Below the pieces are notes generated by a model that made no database searches, was not told the DNA's origin, and was given only the letters and a program-made list of their open reading frames with translations. The translations under genes were made by a program, and so were the position numbers. DNA of 64,000 nucleotides from a virus. The stretch lies in the IMG/VR virus record IMGVR_UViG_3300050821_004765, positions 1-64,000 of that record. The stretch is one strand, 5' to 3'. Each line of letters starts with the position of its first letter. Within the stretch, counting starts at the first letter, position 1. Below, piece by piece: positions 19,928-28,912 of this stretch.

Positions 19928-19962
19928 ATTATACCGGACCAGACCGCGCTAGTCTAGCCCGG
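19928..19962 (-). promoter_or_regulatory. SigA-like promoter TAGACT-N17-TATAAT
   Basis: CCGGGC TAGACT agcgcggtctggtccgg TATAAT; TAG is the stop of 19954-20355. Confidence 0.8.
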
Positions 19963-20355
19963 CTTATTGTCTTTATTTGCAACTTCTGTTGGCCATGCCG
20001 ATAAGCGATCAAGATCGACCATGGGTTCGCCGCAGCATGGGCACGGTCTGTCTGTAACATGATAGGACTGTAATGGTGACTCGCGTAATTCAACACCCGA
20101 CATATCAAGTCGAACTTTGCTGCCGCGTACGCCAAAGCAACCCATCATCTTTGCTATTTTGATATGTCTACAATTTTGCAAGCCATATTCACCACTGTAC
20201 TGGTAGGCGGGGCAATTACAGCTCGCCGGCAAATTTTGTCCGTGAAATTGCACAAGATACTTACGGTGCGCCGTTGAGCTTGGCACAAGGAAATTGCTGT
20301 ACCATTGCGGACAGCGGTAGCCGAGTTCGTATGGGGTGATCATGCTTCCTGCCAA
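19954..20355 (-). CDS. SWIM zinc-finger protein
   Basis: SCNCPAY...CRHI motif plus CPCCG. Confidence 0.75.
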   Translation of the reverse strand: MAGSMITPYELGYRCPQWYSNFLVPSSTAHRKYLVQFHGQNLPASCNCPAYQYSGEYGLQNCRHIKIAKMMGCFGVRGSKVRLDMSGVELRESPLQSYHVTDRPCPCCGEPMVDLDRLSAWPTEVANKDNKPG

Positions 20356-20552
20356 GTGAATTTCCTAAGTGTGGGTTGCGCTAGGAATGGCATGTTTTTT
20401 AACTTGATGAAAACATCAATTGTTTCAGCTGCATCATAAGATGTAAATGTGAAAGTTTCACCACCAATAATTGCCTTGGATGGAAAATTCCACAAACTGA
20501 TCGTGCCAAGACTAGTTGCACTAACAGTAATTTCATACTTTACTTCATTCAT
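20340..20552 (-). CDS. Hypothetical protein
   Basis: Coupled ORF. Confidence 0.5.
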   Translation of the reverse strand: MNEVKYEITVSATSLGTISLWNFPSKAIIGGETFTFTSYDAAETIDVFIKLKNMPFLAQPTLRKFTWQEA

Positions 20553-20974
20553 CCGATCACCTCAATGGTGTCCCAGTTACGCTTGCCGCAGAAGTCTAGC
20601 AACGTTGGCCAAATCATCCTGCTCTTTCTGGAGTCACTCCGGCTGCCATCCTGGGTGAGATACCAATAAACACCACGCTTAATGGCGGCATAAGTATAGA
20701 CATTATCGGCAATATAATGCGAGGAATTGCTTGCTGTACCTCTCATATATAAACGTGAAAAAGTAGTAGTAAAGCGCACTACGCTGCCATTTGCTTCAGG
20801 TTCTACCGGAGTAGTAAGTGCAAGCAATTCAGCTTCTGCACGTTTAATTGCATCTTCATGGGCAGCCAAACGCTCTTCTGCATTTTTGGCTAATTTGCTG
20901 TACTTATCCAGTTCAGCCTGCCATGCAGCAATCTGCTGCTCTTTGTCAAGTTTTGCTTTGGTCGTGCGTGCCAT
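20549..20974 (-). CDS. Hypothetical protein with N-terminal coiled coil
   Basis: Coupled ORF. Confidence 0.65.
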   Translation of the reverse strand: MARTTKAKLDKEQQIAAWQAELDKYSKLAKNAEERLAAHEDAIKRAEAELLALTTPVEPEANGSVVRFTTTFSRLYMRGTASNSSHYIADNVYTYAAIKRGVYWYLTQDGSRSDSRKSRMIWPTLLDFCGKRNWDTIEVIG

Positions 20975-22179
20975 TAGCCCAGCTCCTTTTGGTTATTCTT
21001 ATCTACTTCACCGTCATTGCGGAGGTTGACCTTATTTGCTACATCGACGCCACGTTGCCACGCGGTCGGGTCACCGGCTGTGCTCCGTGTCCGAATTTTC
21101 TTGTAATTGCGCATTGCCTTTTCCTTAGCAGCTTCGGCTTCCGCTTTGCGACGTGCTTCTTCAGCGACCACGTACGCCTGTTCTTCTGGCGACATTGCCA
21201 TGAAGAGCAACAGCTTTTTGGCTTTCTCTGCCGCCTCTTCCTTGGCAATGTTCTCGGGGTCATATTGCGGGAATAACCGATAGAATTCCGCCTCAACTTG
21301 CTCTTTAGTATCCTTCACCGCGAGCGCAAACCGGTCGCGATCAGCGATAACTTCACCATCACGAGCCCGCAAAGCCTCTTCACGAATTTCTCGCATACGC
21401 CGGCAAATTGTGTTGCGATAGCTCTGTGCAAAACTTGCCTTATAGACATTGTGTCGGTTTGTTTGACCGGCGTACTCGATGCCGGCGTGTTGGCAATAGT
21501 TCTTCACGGCGCCACGCAACCCGTACATGCCCTTAGTTTTGGCTGGGTCTGGGCATTCAATCAACTTACCAGTTAGCACATCCATGTAATCCCATTCAGC
21601 GCCAATATTATTCTGCATACGAATTTTATATGCATATGCGCGGTGCCAAATTTCATGCCAGGTGTACCCCGCCTGCATAAAGTTGTAGGCATTTTCGCCA
21701 AGCTGGAAGCTCTGCCCTTGCCACTGCGGGTTTAGGTTGGTAACAAATGCTTTGAAGATATTGAACCAAATGCGTTCGGCATAGGCAATATCTTCGGGGT
21801 ACCCCAGTATAGTGATTTTTCGGGTTTCATAGTCAATAGTGCCATCTTCGCGTACGGCATATTCGAAATTTGGCACCTTTTTCAGATTGCCATGTTCGAC
21901 TACTGCTGTCATGAGGTAGACGATGTGGTAGGCATAACTACTGCTATTATAGCTATCTGCAGCACTAAAATTGACAAACCACTCCGTCTGAATGATCTTG
22001 GACTTCTCTTCTGGCTTGAGGTCCATGCGATCAATCATGTGCTTGGCCATAAGGCGCTCAGCACGCTCAGCAGCCAGCGCTGCCTCTGCCGGCGGGGTAC
22101 TGGGGTTATTGGCAACTTCTAGCAACTTCATGATGCGATTCATGGTGTTGCGAGTAGCAGCAGATTCTGTTGAGGTCAT
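20974..22179 (-). CDS. DUF2786-domain protein
   Basis: RIMKLLEVANNPSTPPAEAALAAERAERLMAKHMID. Confidence 0.75.
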   Translation of the reverse strand: MTSTESAATRNTMNRIMKLLEVANNPSTPPAEAALAAERAERLMAKHMIDRMDLKPEEKSKIIQTEWFVNFSAADSYNSSSYAYHIVYLMTAVVEHGNLKKVPNFEYAVREDGTIDYETRKITILGYPEDIAYAERIWFNIFKAFVTNLNPQWQGQSFQLGENAYNFMQAGYTWHEIWHRAYAYKIRMQNNIGAEWDYMDVLTGKLIECPDPAKTKGMYGLRGAVKNYCQHAGIEYAGQTNRHNVYKASFAQSYRNTICRRMREIREEALRARDGEVIADRDRFALAVKDTKEQVEAEFYRLFPQYDPENIAKEEAAEKAKKLLLFMAMSPEEQAYVVAEEARRKAEAEAAKEKAMRNYKKIRTRSTAGDPTAWQRGVDVANKVNLRNDGEVDKNNQKELG

Positions 22180-22180
22180 G

Positions 22181-22420
22181 CTATTTAACCTTTACTGTAA
22201 CGACACGTAACTTCCAGTTGCTTGGCCACTCAAAGGTGAAATCAGCCCGGGAAAATTCTTTTCCCGTTTCTTGAGCCATAACAATTATTTTTCTTCCGGA
22301 TGGATTTAAGTTAATAACTTCCCATATCATACCAATGTTTATGAAATAATCTCCAGGCTGTAATTCATTTACAGGTATTTGTTCTGTTGTTATGCCCAAT
22401 TCAACATTGACAGCGCCCAT
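22181..22420 (-). CDS. Hypothetical protein
   Basis: Coupled ORF. Confidence 0.55.
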   Translation of the reverse strand: MGAVNVELGITTEQIPVNELQPGDYFINIGMIWEVINLNPSGRKIIVMAQETGKEFSRADFTFEWPSNWKLRVVTVKVK

Positions 22421-22677
22421 TAGATTAGCTCCACTTCTTTAAAATTAACCCACATGCTATCTAGTGTGTCACCGTCGACTTCAAAGCCCAATTCATTTTG
22501 GTCTGCATCTATGTCGATCACATGACCTTCAACACCAATGAATTGGGTTTGTACAATATTCTTGTCAATGATATCTTTGTGCGCATAGATTTCTTTGTCT
22601 GTCTTGAGCAATTCACCATCTTCAGTCAAGTAGGCAACAACTTTGACGCGATCGCCAATTTCAAATGTCATTATCAA
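22420..22677 (-). CDS. Hypothetical SH3-like protein
   Basis: FEIGDRVKV...EVELI pattern. Confidence 0.55.
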   Translation of the reverse strand: MIMTFEIGDRVKVVAYLTEDGELLKTDKEIYAHKDIIDKNIVQTQFIGVEGHVIDIDADQNELGFEVDGDTLDSMWVNFKEVELI

Positions 22678-22743
22678 CTACACTTTCTGGTTCCCCAAAG
22701 ATTTCATAGAGCAACCACTCGGCTGAGCCTTCTTCATAGGGGT

Positions 22744-23442
22744 TCATTTGTTGTTACCGTTGTACTTGTGGATAACGTCTGCGGCACGGCGCATTTCATC
22801 GAATTTCTCGCCGAAGTTGCGGCTGCCGCAAATTGGGCCGATACCGAGCGCGATACTAATTTCGTCAGTAAGCGTTCGACCGCAAATAACGCAAACCCCG
22901 TACAACTTACCAAACTTGGCTGCTTCTGCCATTGACATCTTGTGCTCTGGCCGAATATTACGGATTGCGCTGGGTGCGTTGCGGAAGCTTGCCTTGGCCC
23001 GGTAGCGATCAGGCACCAACTTCTTGGCATATTGGTAGCCGCTACCATTCACCGCATGCTGAACTTTGTAAATGGTACCGTCAACCACATACAGACCGTC
23101 TTCGATGGGCCGACGCGGCGACCGTGCAACTTGCTCCGGCGCAGACTTGGCTGGCATACGCAATAGCTGGTCAATGAACTTGCTGACATCTACTTGCGCA
23201 TAGCTCTGCAGATTAAAGATTTGCTCATCAGTATGAGTGCCCATCATGTTGACCAACCCAAGGAACAAACCCCGCCAGTCTGGCGGCATGCTAGCGACCA
23301 TGTTGCCATAGTCGCGCTGCCGAGTAAGGTCGCGCATGTACTTGATACTGCGTACGCTCGCCGGATTTGGCTTAGTGGGTGCAACCAGTGTGGCGGCGTC
23401 GTCAAAGTTTGGTTCGTACATGCTTGAGTCGCTAAGTGTCAT
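22744..23442 (-). CDS. DUF6011-like zinc-binding protein
   Basis: CVICGRTLTDEISIALGIGPIC. Confidence 0.75.
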   Translation of the reverse strand: MTLSDSSMYEPNFDDAATLVAPTKPNPASVRSIKYMRDLTRQRDYGNMVASMPPDWRGLFLGLVNMMGTHTDEQIFNLQSYAQVDVSKFIDQLLRMPAKSAPEQVARSPRRPIEDGLYVVDGTIYKVQHAVNGSGYQYAKKLVPDRYRAKASFRNAPSAIRNIRPEHKMSMAEAAKFGKLYGVCVICGRTLTDEISIALGIGPICGSRNFGEKFDEMRRAADVIHKYNGNNK

Positions 23443-23678
23443 GATTCGGTCTCAAGTTCCTCTGTGGGGAATATAAGTGGTGCAAGATCACCGAGAAATT
23501 CTGATAGCACTGGGTCTGGCATATCCTTGAACGCATAGAACCATTCTAGCCATTTTGCCCGTACCGGCTCTAATGCTTTGCGGGCAGCGGTAACAGCATA
23601 AGCATATTGAGATGATTTGCTGCCGCCAACCAAAAGGTTGCACGCTGTATTTGCCGCTTCTTCTGCTGGATCTACCAT
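23439..23678 (-). CDS. DPAxEA...LAPLI family small protein (paralog of 25585-25818)
   Basis: Shared motifs DPAxEA, AAR...P.R and LAPLI. Confidence 0.7.
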   Translation of the reverse strand: MVDPAEEAANTACNLLVGGSKSSQYAYAVTAARKALEPVRAKWLEWFYAFKDMPDPVLSEFLGDLAPLIFPTEELETES

Positions 23679-23729
23679 TATGCTAACCTATCTGCTCTGG
23701 TGGCCCCGGCTCTATTGGCCGTTACCTTA

Positions 23730-23763
23730 ATTATACCTTGGCAGTCCGGTCTAGTCTAGACTA
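23730..23763 (-). promoter_or_regulatory. Promoter TAGACT-N17-TATAAT overlapping the palindrome TAGTCTAGACTA
   Basis: -10 at 23730-23735, -35 at 23753-23758; perfect 12-bp palindrome 23752-23763. Confidence 0.8.
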
Positions 23764-23989
23764 CAATAGGATAAAGTTCTATACCATTTTCTTGAGACGC
23801 GATAGCGATTGCTCGTTTACGAATTTCCTCTGCTGTCATGAACGAGTCCTCACCCACATCCAACTTGACCCAATGTGCGGGCATGTAAACGCCCATGAAT
23901 CTCATGCCTGTTGTACGCATAATTACAAATGGTTCTTTGCCATCTGCGACTAACAGCATGCGGTAAGCTTTATCATGTTTGTTAAACAT
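23756..23989 (-). CDS. Hypothetical protein
   Basis: ORF in operon. Confidence 0.55.
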   Translation of the reverse strand: MFNKHDKAYRMLLVADGKEPFVIMRTTGMRFMGVYMPAHWVKLDVGEDSFMTAEEIRKRAIAIASQENGIELYPIVV

Positions 23990-23990
23990 G

Positions 23991-24257
23991 TCAACCTAGA
24001 TGGCCATAGAAGTAGCCGCACCAAAAGTGCGCAAAACACTTTTGTTCATCTGTGAGCTTTTCTGACTCAAAGATAATTTGCTGCGCTTTACTAGTGGCAT
24101 TAGCATTGCCACTTGGGTACCGAACTACTTCTTCTTCGGTGTAGCGGTGGTAAATGACAATATCACCCCCAATATTTTGTACCAACCAGTCGCCGTCAGG
24201 CGGAAGTTGTGCCATTAGTCTGCTCCTTGCTGAATGGGTTGGTGAATAAGATGTCAT
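23991..24257 (-). CDS. Hypothetical protein
   Basis: ORF; likely start MAQLPP after the AAGGAG RBS. Confidence 0.6.
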   Translation of the reverse strand: MTSYSPTHSARSRLMAQLPPDGDWLVQNIGGDIVIYHRYTEEEVVRYPSGNANATSKAQQIIFESEKLTDEQKCFAHFWCGYFYGHLG

Positions 24258-24516
24258 CTATGTGGACAAACTGGCGCCACTGTAGGTGGTGTCTTGGCGG
24301 TGCTGCCCAGAGCAGCACTTGCATTTGGTCGCCGGCATCCCGGTGGAGATCTATTGCAGGAGCAATGTAATCTTCACCCGGTGCAATGCTGGCGGGGTAA
24401 TGCTCTGCTGAAAATACCACCCAACAATCTGGTTCTGGTTCAGGGAGACTGCCCGCCAAGGTCATCATATTGCCAATAGTTGGCATTGCTGGCTTACTAG
24501 TTGTCAATCCGGCCAC
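24196..24516 (-). CDS. Hypothetical protein
   Basis: ORF filling the gap; start uncertain. Confidence 0.4.
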   Translation of the reverse strand: MAGLTTSKPAMPTIGNMMTLAGSLPEPEPDCWVVFSAEHYPASIAPGEDYIAPAIDLHRDAGDQMQVLLWAAPPRHHLQWRQFVHIDDILFTNPFSKEQTNGTTSA

Positions 24517-24866
24517 ACTCCTTTCTGGAAGTGTTGTTCGTCAAATTCGTCAGTTAGCACCCAAACCATTTTTGGGGTAAGGTGTGTTGCACCAGTAGCC
24601 TGTACCCATTCTGGTCGAACATTACGCTGTACTGTTTTGCCGTCACAGATGTATTCAAATGCCGGAGCTAACAATCGACCAAGGATCCAAATGTGCGGAG
24701 AAAACCAGCATACTTTCCATGGGTATCCTTCTGGTATACCGGCAGTGAGGTCACAATAATTACAGGTAGACACCTCATAGTTTGGGTCGATAGTTGCGCG
24801 AATCGACTCAATTATCTTTGCAGTTTCTTCCTTAGTTCGCGGCATACGCTTAGTATACTCCACCAT
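24504..24866 (-). CDS. Hypothetical protein
   Basis: ORF with CNYC. Confidence 0.55.
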   Translation of the reverse strand: MVEYTKRMPRTKEETAKIIESIRATIDPNYEVSTCNYCDLTAGIPEGYPWKVCWFSPHIWILGRLLAPAFEYICDGKTVQRNVRPEWVQATGATHLTPKMVWVLTDEFDEQHFQKGVWPD

Positions 24867-24911
24867 TCTAGTTTAGACTATAGGTCGAAATATGGGTTTG
24901 CAAACCAGTCT

Positions 24912-25391
24912 TCATCCACCGACTTTGAGGAGGTCGAACAGGTAGTTTCCTGTGAATCTGGTGAAACGTCGGATACGCTGCTTGAGGATGCCTCTGATGC
25001 TTGGGGTTGCATCCCAAAAAGTGATTCCAGTGATTGTTTCACGCCCATGTGGTATTGCTCCTATATTGTTGAGATTGCCCCAGTCTGCTAGCGGATCTGG
25101 CTCTTGTTGCGGTTGAATAGCCCAATTTGGTGGCTTTGGCACTTCTTCTATTGGGTCTTGGTAGCTTTCTGCTACTGAATCTGACATGCTGAAATTCCTT
25201 GCTTTCATAGTTGCTGCTTGATATTGTGGCATACCTTTATGTAATTTTGCATATATTGAATTTGCCGGTACAGTAAAATTCATTTTATCTGGGTACTGGT
25301 CGAGGGTGTGTGGCTCTTGTCGCGTTAAATGTGTTCGCATATGGTCGCGTAATGGGCTATCATCTGTGTTATATTTGGGATATTTAGCCAT
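24912..25391 (-). CDS. Hypothetical protein
   Basis: Coupled ORF. Confidence 0.55.
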   Translation of the reverse strand: MAKYPKYNTDDSPLRDHMRTHLTRQEPHTLDQYPDKMNFTVPANSIYAKLHKGMPQYQAATMKARNFSMSDSVAESYQDPIEEVPKPPNWAIQPQQEPDPLADWGNLNNIGAIPHGRETITGITFWDATPSIRGILKQRIRRFTRFTGNYLFDLLKVGG

Positions 25392-25588
25392 TAGACCGCA
25401 CCACCGGCAAGGGATTCGAGGCTCGCGCTGATCCGATCCAGCCGTTTCACATCACAGTCGGGGCACCAATACGGACCCCACAATGTGCCAGCGGGTTCTC
25501 CGCAATCCAAACAGTTGTGCCCGGAGGATTTCTGACAGACGTGACCCTCTGTACCCCAGCAATTCGGGTGGCTTCTCGACTCGCTCAT
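25391..25588 (-). CDS. Small Cys-rich zinc-binding protein
   Basis: CLDC...CPDC. Confidence 0.6.
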   Translation of the reverse strand: MSESRSHPNCWGTEGHVCQKSSGHNCLDCGEPAGTLWGPYWCPDCDVKRLDRISASLESLAGGAV

Positions 25589-25818
25589 TGGTTGCCATTC
25601 AGGTCGTCGTCGGAGTAGATCAACGGGGCAAGTTGGGCGAGCAGCAGCGGATTAACGCCGCCCTGTCCCGCAACCCACTTCTGTGTCTCTCGCTCGTACC
25701 ACTCCCGGATCGGCTTGGCCATTTCACGGGCGGCAGGTAATGCAACGTCATATTCCTTGCCATCATTCGGGCATTGCGCCCATGCACGTTTCACCGCTTC
25801 GACGGCAGGATCACTCAT
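25585..25818 (-). CDS. DPAVEA...LAPLI family small protein
   Basis: MSDPAVEA...AAREMAKPIRE...LAPLIYS. Confidence 0.7.
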   Translation of the reverse strand: MSDPAVEAVKRAWAQCPNDGKEYDVALPAAREMAKPIREWYERETQKWVAGQGGVNPLLLAQLAPLIYSDDDLNGNQ

Positions 25819-25966
25819 TGCATACCCTTCCGATAGCTGTTGGCTTTACAGCAGCAAACCTGGTTACCGTCATTGTCTTCGAGTGGCCACTCGCCCGCCT
25901 CGTAATCACCCATGCAGCTAAAGCAGCAATGCCCTTCATGCTGCGGCGCTTCGACGGCAGGATCAC
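25795..25966. repeat. 20-bp direct repeat CGCTTCGACGGCAGGATCAC at 25795-25814 and 25947-25966
   Basis: Exact match; encodes DPAVEA near the starts of two adjacent genes. Confidence 0.9.
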
Positions 25967-25976
25967 GCCCGGTCAT
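25815..25976 (-). CDS. 53-aa Cys-rich microprotein (not in ORF track)
   Basis: MTGRDPAVEAPQHEGHCCFSC...CCCK; ATGA overlaps at both ends. Confidence 0.6.
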   Translation of the reverse strand: MTGRDPAVEAPQHEGHCCFSCMGDYEAGEWPLEDNDGNQVCCCKANSYRKGMQ

Positions 25977-26140
25977 TGTTCAACCCTAATGTTGGGCACC
26001 AGTACATCCAATGGCTTGCCCTTGCGCGAAGCGCAATCAGGATCATCATGGCCCCCATAACACACCTCATGACACAGGCAATGGCAAAAGATTCCTGTGC
26101 AAGTTGGTGTGCCTGATCTATTGCCGCGTCGTTTGGTCAT
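25973..26140 (-). CDS. 55-aa Cys/His-rich microprotein (not in ORF track)
   Basis: MTKRRG...CTGIFCHCLCHEVCYGGHDDPDC; ATGA overlaps at both ends. Confidence 0.6.
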   Translation of the reverse strand: MTKRRGNRSGTPTCTGIFCHCLCHEVCYGGHDDPDCASRKGKPLDVLVPNIRVEQ

Positions 26141-26550
26141 TCTTCTTCCTTTGGCTCTTCAAAGACAAAATTACCGGCGTGAATGTGTGGTGCGTCCGGG
26201 TGACCTGGCACTTCACAGGTAGCACTATCTGTTTCATCAATTAAGATGGGATAATGCTCAAGTAGATACTTAGCTAAAATATTCATGGTTTTGGATGGCG
26301 CTACAACTGAATTGCAATGGTATGCTGCATTATGCAACTCCATTGCTAGTTCTTTAAAACGCTTGTATTGCCTATCTTTTGCAGCTTCCTCTTTTTCAAG
26401 AGTTTCTGCAGCGTTACTTAGTTGGGCTATCACCCAACGCCGCGCATTAGCCCAATCACCTGTTGTTGTAAACTCCTTTACTATTTCGGCTGCTTTGCGC
26501 AAGTCTTGCGGGGTGTATTCAGGCATTGCTTGGTCCTCTGTAGATTTCAT
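26137..26550 (-). CDS. Hypothetical protein
   Basis: ORF in operon. Confidence 0.6.
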   Translation of the reverse strand: MKSTEDQAMPEYTPQDLRKAAEIVKEFTTTGDWANARRWVIAQLSNAAETLEKEEAAKDRQYKRFKELAMELHNAAYHCNSVVAPSKTMNILAKYLLEHYPILIDETDSATCEVPGHPDAPHIHAGNFVFEEPKEEE

Positions 26551-26719
26551 GGTGTGTAGCTATGCACCAATCTTGGTGTGGGTCATTATCGCAGATTGGG
26601 CCAGAATCATTGATGTGAATATGCGGGACTCTTACTTCACAACGTTTACAATCTGTTGCGGCCTCTACTTTTGGGCCATTAACAAATTCATATTGAAATT
26701 TAGGCATCGTGCTCCACAT
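26519..26719 (-). CDS. Small Cys/His-rich protein
   Basis: CKRC..H.H...C...H..C. Confidence 0.5.
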   Translation of the reverse strand: MWSTMPKFQYEFVNGPKVEAATDCKRCEVRVPHIHINDSGPICDNDPHQDWCIATHHEIYRGPSNA

Positions 26720-27581
26720 TGAATTTCTCAGTGGCTATCATGTAGCCTGTGATATAGTTGACAGGCTGGCGGCTGCTGACAGACTCACAAACCACGAACC
26801 CCGCGGAGGGGTCAATGACTTGCCAAAGGCACTTGTCTGTATTGTAGGTTAGCAAGAGCGCCTCAGTGCCTTGGATAATGTCATCCAGTTCGCCTTTGCC
26901 TAGCATAGGGCATTTGTAGCTTTCATGTGGCGGCCCACCGTCAACCAACTCCTGGGCGGGGTAATAAATTGTCACGAGGCCTGCTTTCTGGTCTTGTTGT
27001 AGCTCATAAAGAACTGTATGAAGGCGGTATGCTAAGCGCTTTAGTTTGTCCTTGCGGGTTTGCTCTTGGCGGTAGGTGTTAGTTGCTGGTGGCGTGTAGC
27101 TATTTGCTAGCTTTTGCTGGTGCACTTTATTGTGATGTTCGTGACGATCCTTGAGAAATTGCCGCCGAATTGGGCTGATAGCGTCGCTGCCTTCTACTAC
27201 AAAACGTTGACCTAACCCTTCACCCAACCTACAGCGATAATTAGAGAAATGCACCAAGCACAGGTTGGCCCAAACTTGGGTACCAGAGGTAGCAGTGGGT
27301 GGCGCTACCGGTGGAGGGATCTTGGCAAATGCATATGCCAAGACGTGCTTGCCAGTAAACAAACAGTAGTCACAGTTAGGTAGCGCAGGAACTTGTAGCT
27401 CGCTGTGGTCTTTTTTGCTGTAGCTACTTGGGTCTGTGCTTTTGCGTTCTAGTGACATTGGTGACCGTACACAGACATGATGGATACTGCTGCGACTATG
27501 CTTAGTCCGAATACCATAACCATTATCATGTACCACTTTAAAAACGGACTCACATGTACCTCCTGTAGAAGTAGCCCACAC
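26700..27581 (-). CDS. Hypothetical protein with CDYC...CLVH zinc-like motif
   Basis: Long ORF; true start possibly MSLERK. Confidence 0.55.
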   Translation of the reverse strand: MWATSTGGTCESVFKVVHDNGYGIRTKHSRSSIHHVCVRSPMSLERKSTDPSSYSKKDHSELQVPALPNCDYCLFTGKHVLAYAFAKIPPPVAPPTATSGTQVWANLCLVHFSNYRCRLGEGLGQRFVVEGSDAISPIRRQFLKDRHEHHNKVHQQKLANSYTPPATNTYRQEQTRKDKLKRLAYRLHTVLYELQQDQKAGLVTIYYPAQELVDGGPPHESYKCPMLGKGELDDIIQGTEALLLTYNTDKCLWQVIDPSAGFVVCESVSSRQPVNYITGYMIATEKFNVEHDA

Positions 27582-27613
27582 AAAGTGATGCTACGGTGAA
27601 TACCATTAGTGCT

Positions 27614-28543
27614 CTAGTGGCGATGGCGTCCATTGGTGTGCCCCACAGTCTTTGCTTTTTGGGTGAGTTGTTTAGTTGCTATCTTGCTGGTTGTTTTGTT
27701 AGCGGCCAGCGGTACTGCTGTTGTGATAGGGGCCACCTTCTTGCTGTAGGCGCTATCAATGACCGGCTTAAGCAGCTTGTTGAGACCGTTAGTAATCTGT
27801 GCCGGCAGGAACTTTTGCAATGCGCTAACCAACGGCAATGTTGGGGTGGGCACCATGTAGGTTGTGGTAACCCCGCCAAGTTTGTTGGTACTGGTTGTGA
27901 TATCTGCCTTTGGAATTTGGCTGATGTCTTGTGTGATGACGGTCGTGTGCACAGTAGCCGCACCAATAAGCGCGTTGGCAACCGCAAGTAGATAGCCAGG
28001 GCTCAGCGGGTTATTTGGGAAGTCTGCTAAGCCGTCATACTGCTTGACATAGAGGCTAAGGTTGTAGGGGGTCACCGGTGTAGCGAGCGGTGTGTAGTTG
28101 AGCACTGGGATAAACTTACCAATGAATGGCGTGAGCATACCAGTACCGCGCTCTTCATCTTCGATTTCGACAAACTGAACTTGGCTTTTGGGAATGCCAG
28201 CCTTCATGTCATTGACCATAATCTGGTCTGTAACCAATGTGCCCTCGCTGATGCTGAGAATAGTTAGGGTTTTGTATGTAGCGTTCGGGTTCCCGACGTT
28301 AGCGCTAAGCCACGCCGATTGTAGCGCTGTCACGTCGGCTACGCCGGTCTGTACGCTCGGCCCTAGGGTAGTCGTCCCCTCGAACGGCGCCAAGCTCGCG
28401 TCGTACGCCGCACGCTCGGTAATACCGGGTTGGTAGGCGTAATTGAAGAAGTCACCAGTTGCTACGCCGTAAGTAGTTGGCTGCGCACTAGCGCCCAGCA
28501 CGAGAATTGTACTGACCAGTGTTTGGGTAATTGGATCTGCCAT
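27614..28543 (-). CDS. PE-PPE domain (cutinase-like serine hydrolase fold) secreted protein
   Basis: SISEG nucleophile elbow, QYDGLADFPNNPL...AVANALIG..TVH, TTTYMVPTPTLPL, LKPVIDSAY. Confidence 0.82.
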   Translation of the reverse strand: MADPITQTLVSTILVLGASAQPTTYGVATGDFFNYAYQPGITERAAYDASLAPFEGTTTLGPSVQTGVADVTALQSAWLSANVGNPNATYKTLTILSISEGTLVTDQIMVNDMKAGIPKSQVQFVEIEDEERGTGMLTPFIGKFIPVLNYTPLATPVTPYNLSLYVKQYDGLADFPNNPLSPGYLLAVANALIGAATVHTTVITQDISQIPKADITTSTNKLGGVTTTYMVPTPTLPLVSALQKFLPAQITNGLNKLLKPVIDSAYSKKVAPITTAVPLAANKTTSKIATKQLTQKAKTVGHTNGRHRH

Positions 28544-28657
28544 TATTGGACCTTTGTTAGTAGTTTGCGACGTTGATGTAAGATATTGCTGACATTAGCA
28601 AGAACAAAAGAACTGATGTAACTGCAAATGCGATAAGAAATACTTTCCAGAATTCAT

Positions 28658-28909
28658 TCATCTGCCCGCCAATCTTGCTCGTTCAGTAGTACATGGCCAC
28701 ACGGTACCGCACTCTAAACACAATGGAAAGAAAAAGCCATGGTCTATTTGGTGGATTGCCCGCATATTTGCTAACTGCCGGTACATTGATTCGACTTCAT
28801 CTGCATGTACAATAATAACTTTGTGATCTTTTTCATCTAAAAGTTCCATACCCATAAATGTAATTTTATCGCCACAAGGCTGAAGTTTTGTACCGCTAAG
28901 GTCTGTCAT
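28658..28909 (-). CDS. Small protein with CLECGTVWPC motif
   Basis: H..CxxC...WPC zinc-like motif. Confidence 0.6.
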   Translation of the reverse strand: MTDLSGTKLQPCGDKITFMGMELLDEKDHKVIIVHADEVESMYRQLANMRAIHQIDHGFFFPLCLECGTVWPCTTERARLAGR

Positions 28910-28912
28910 GAT

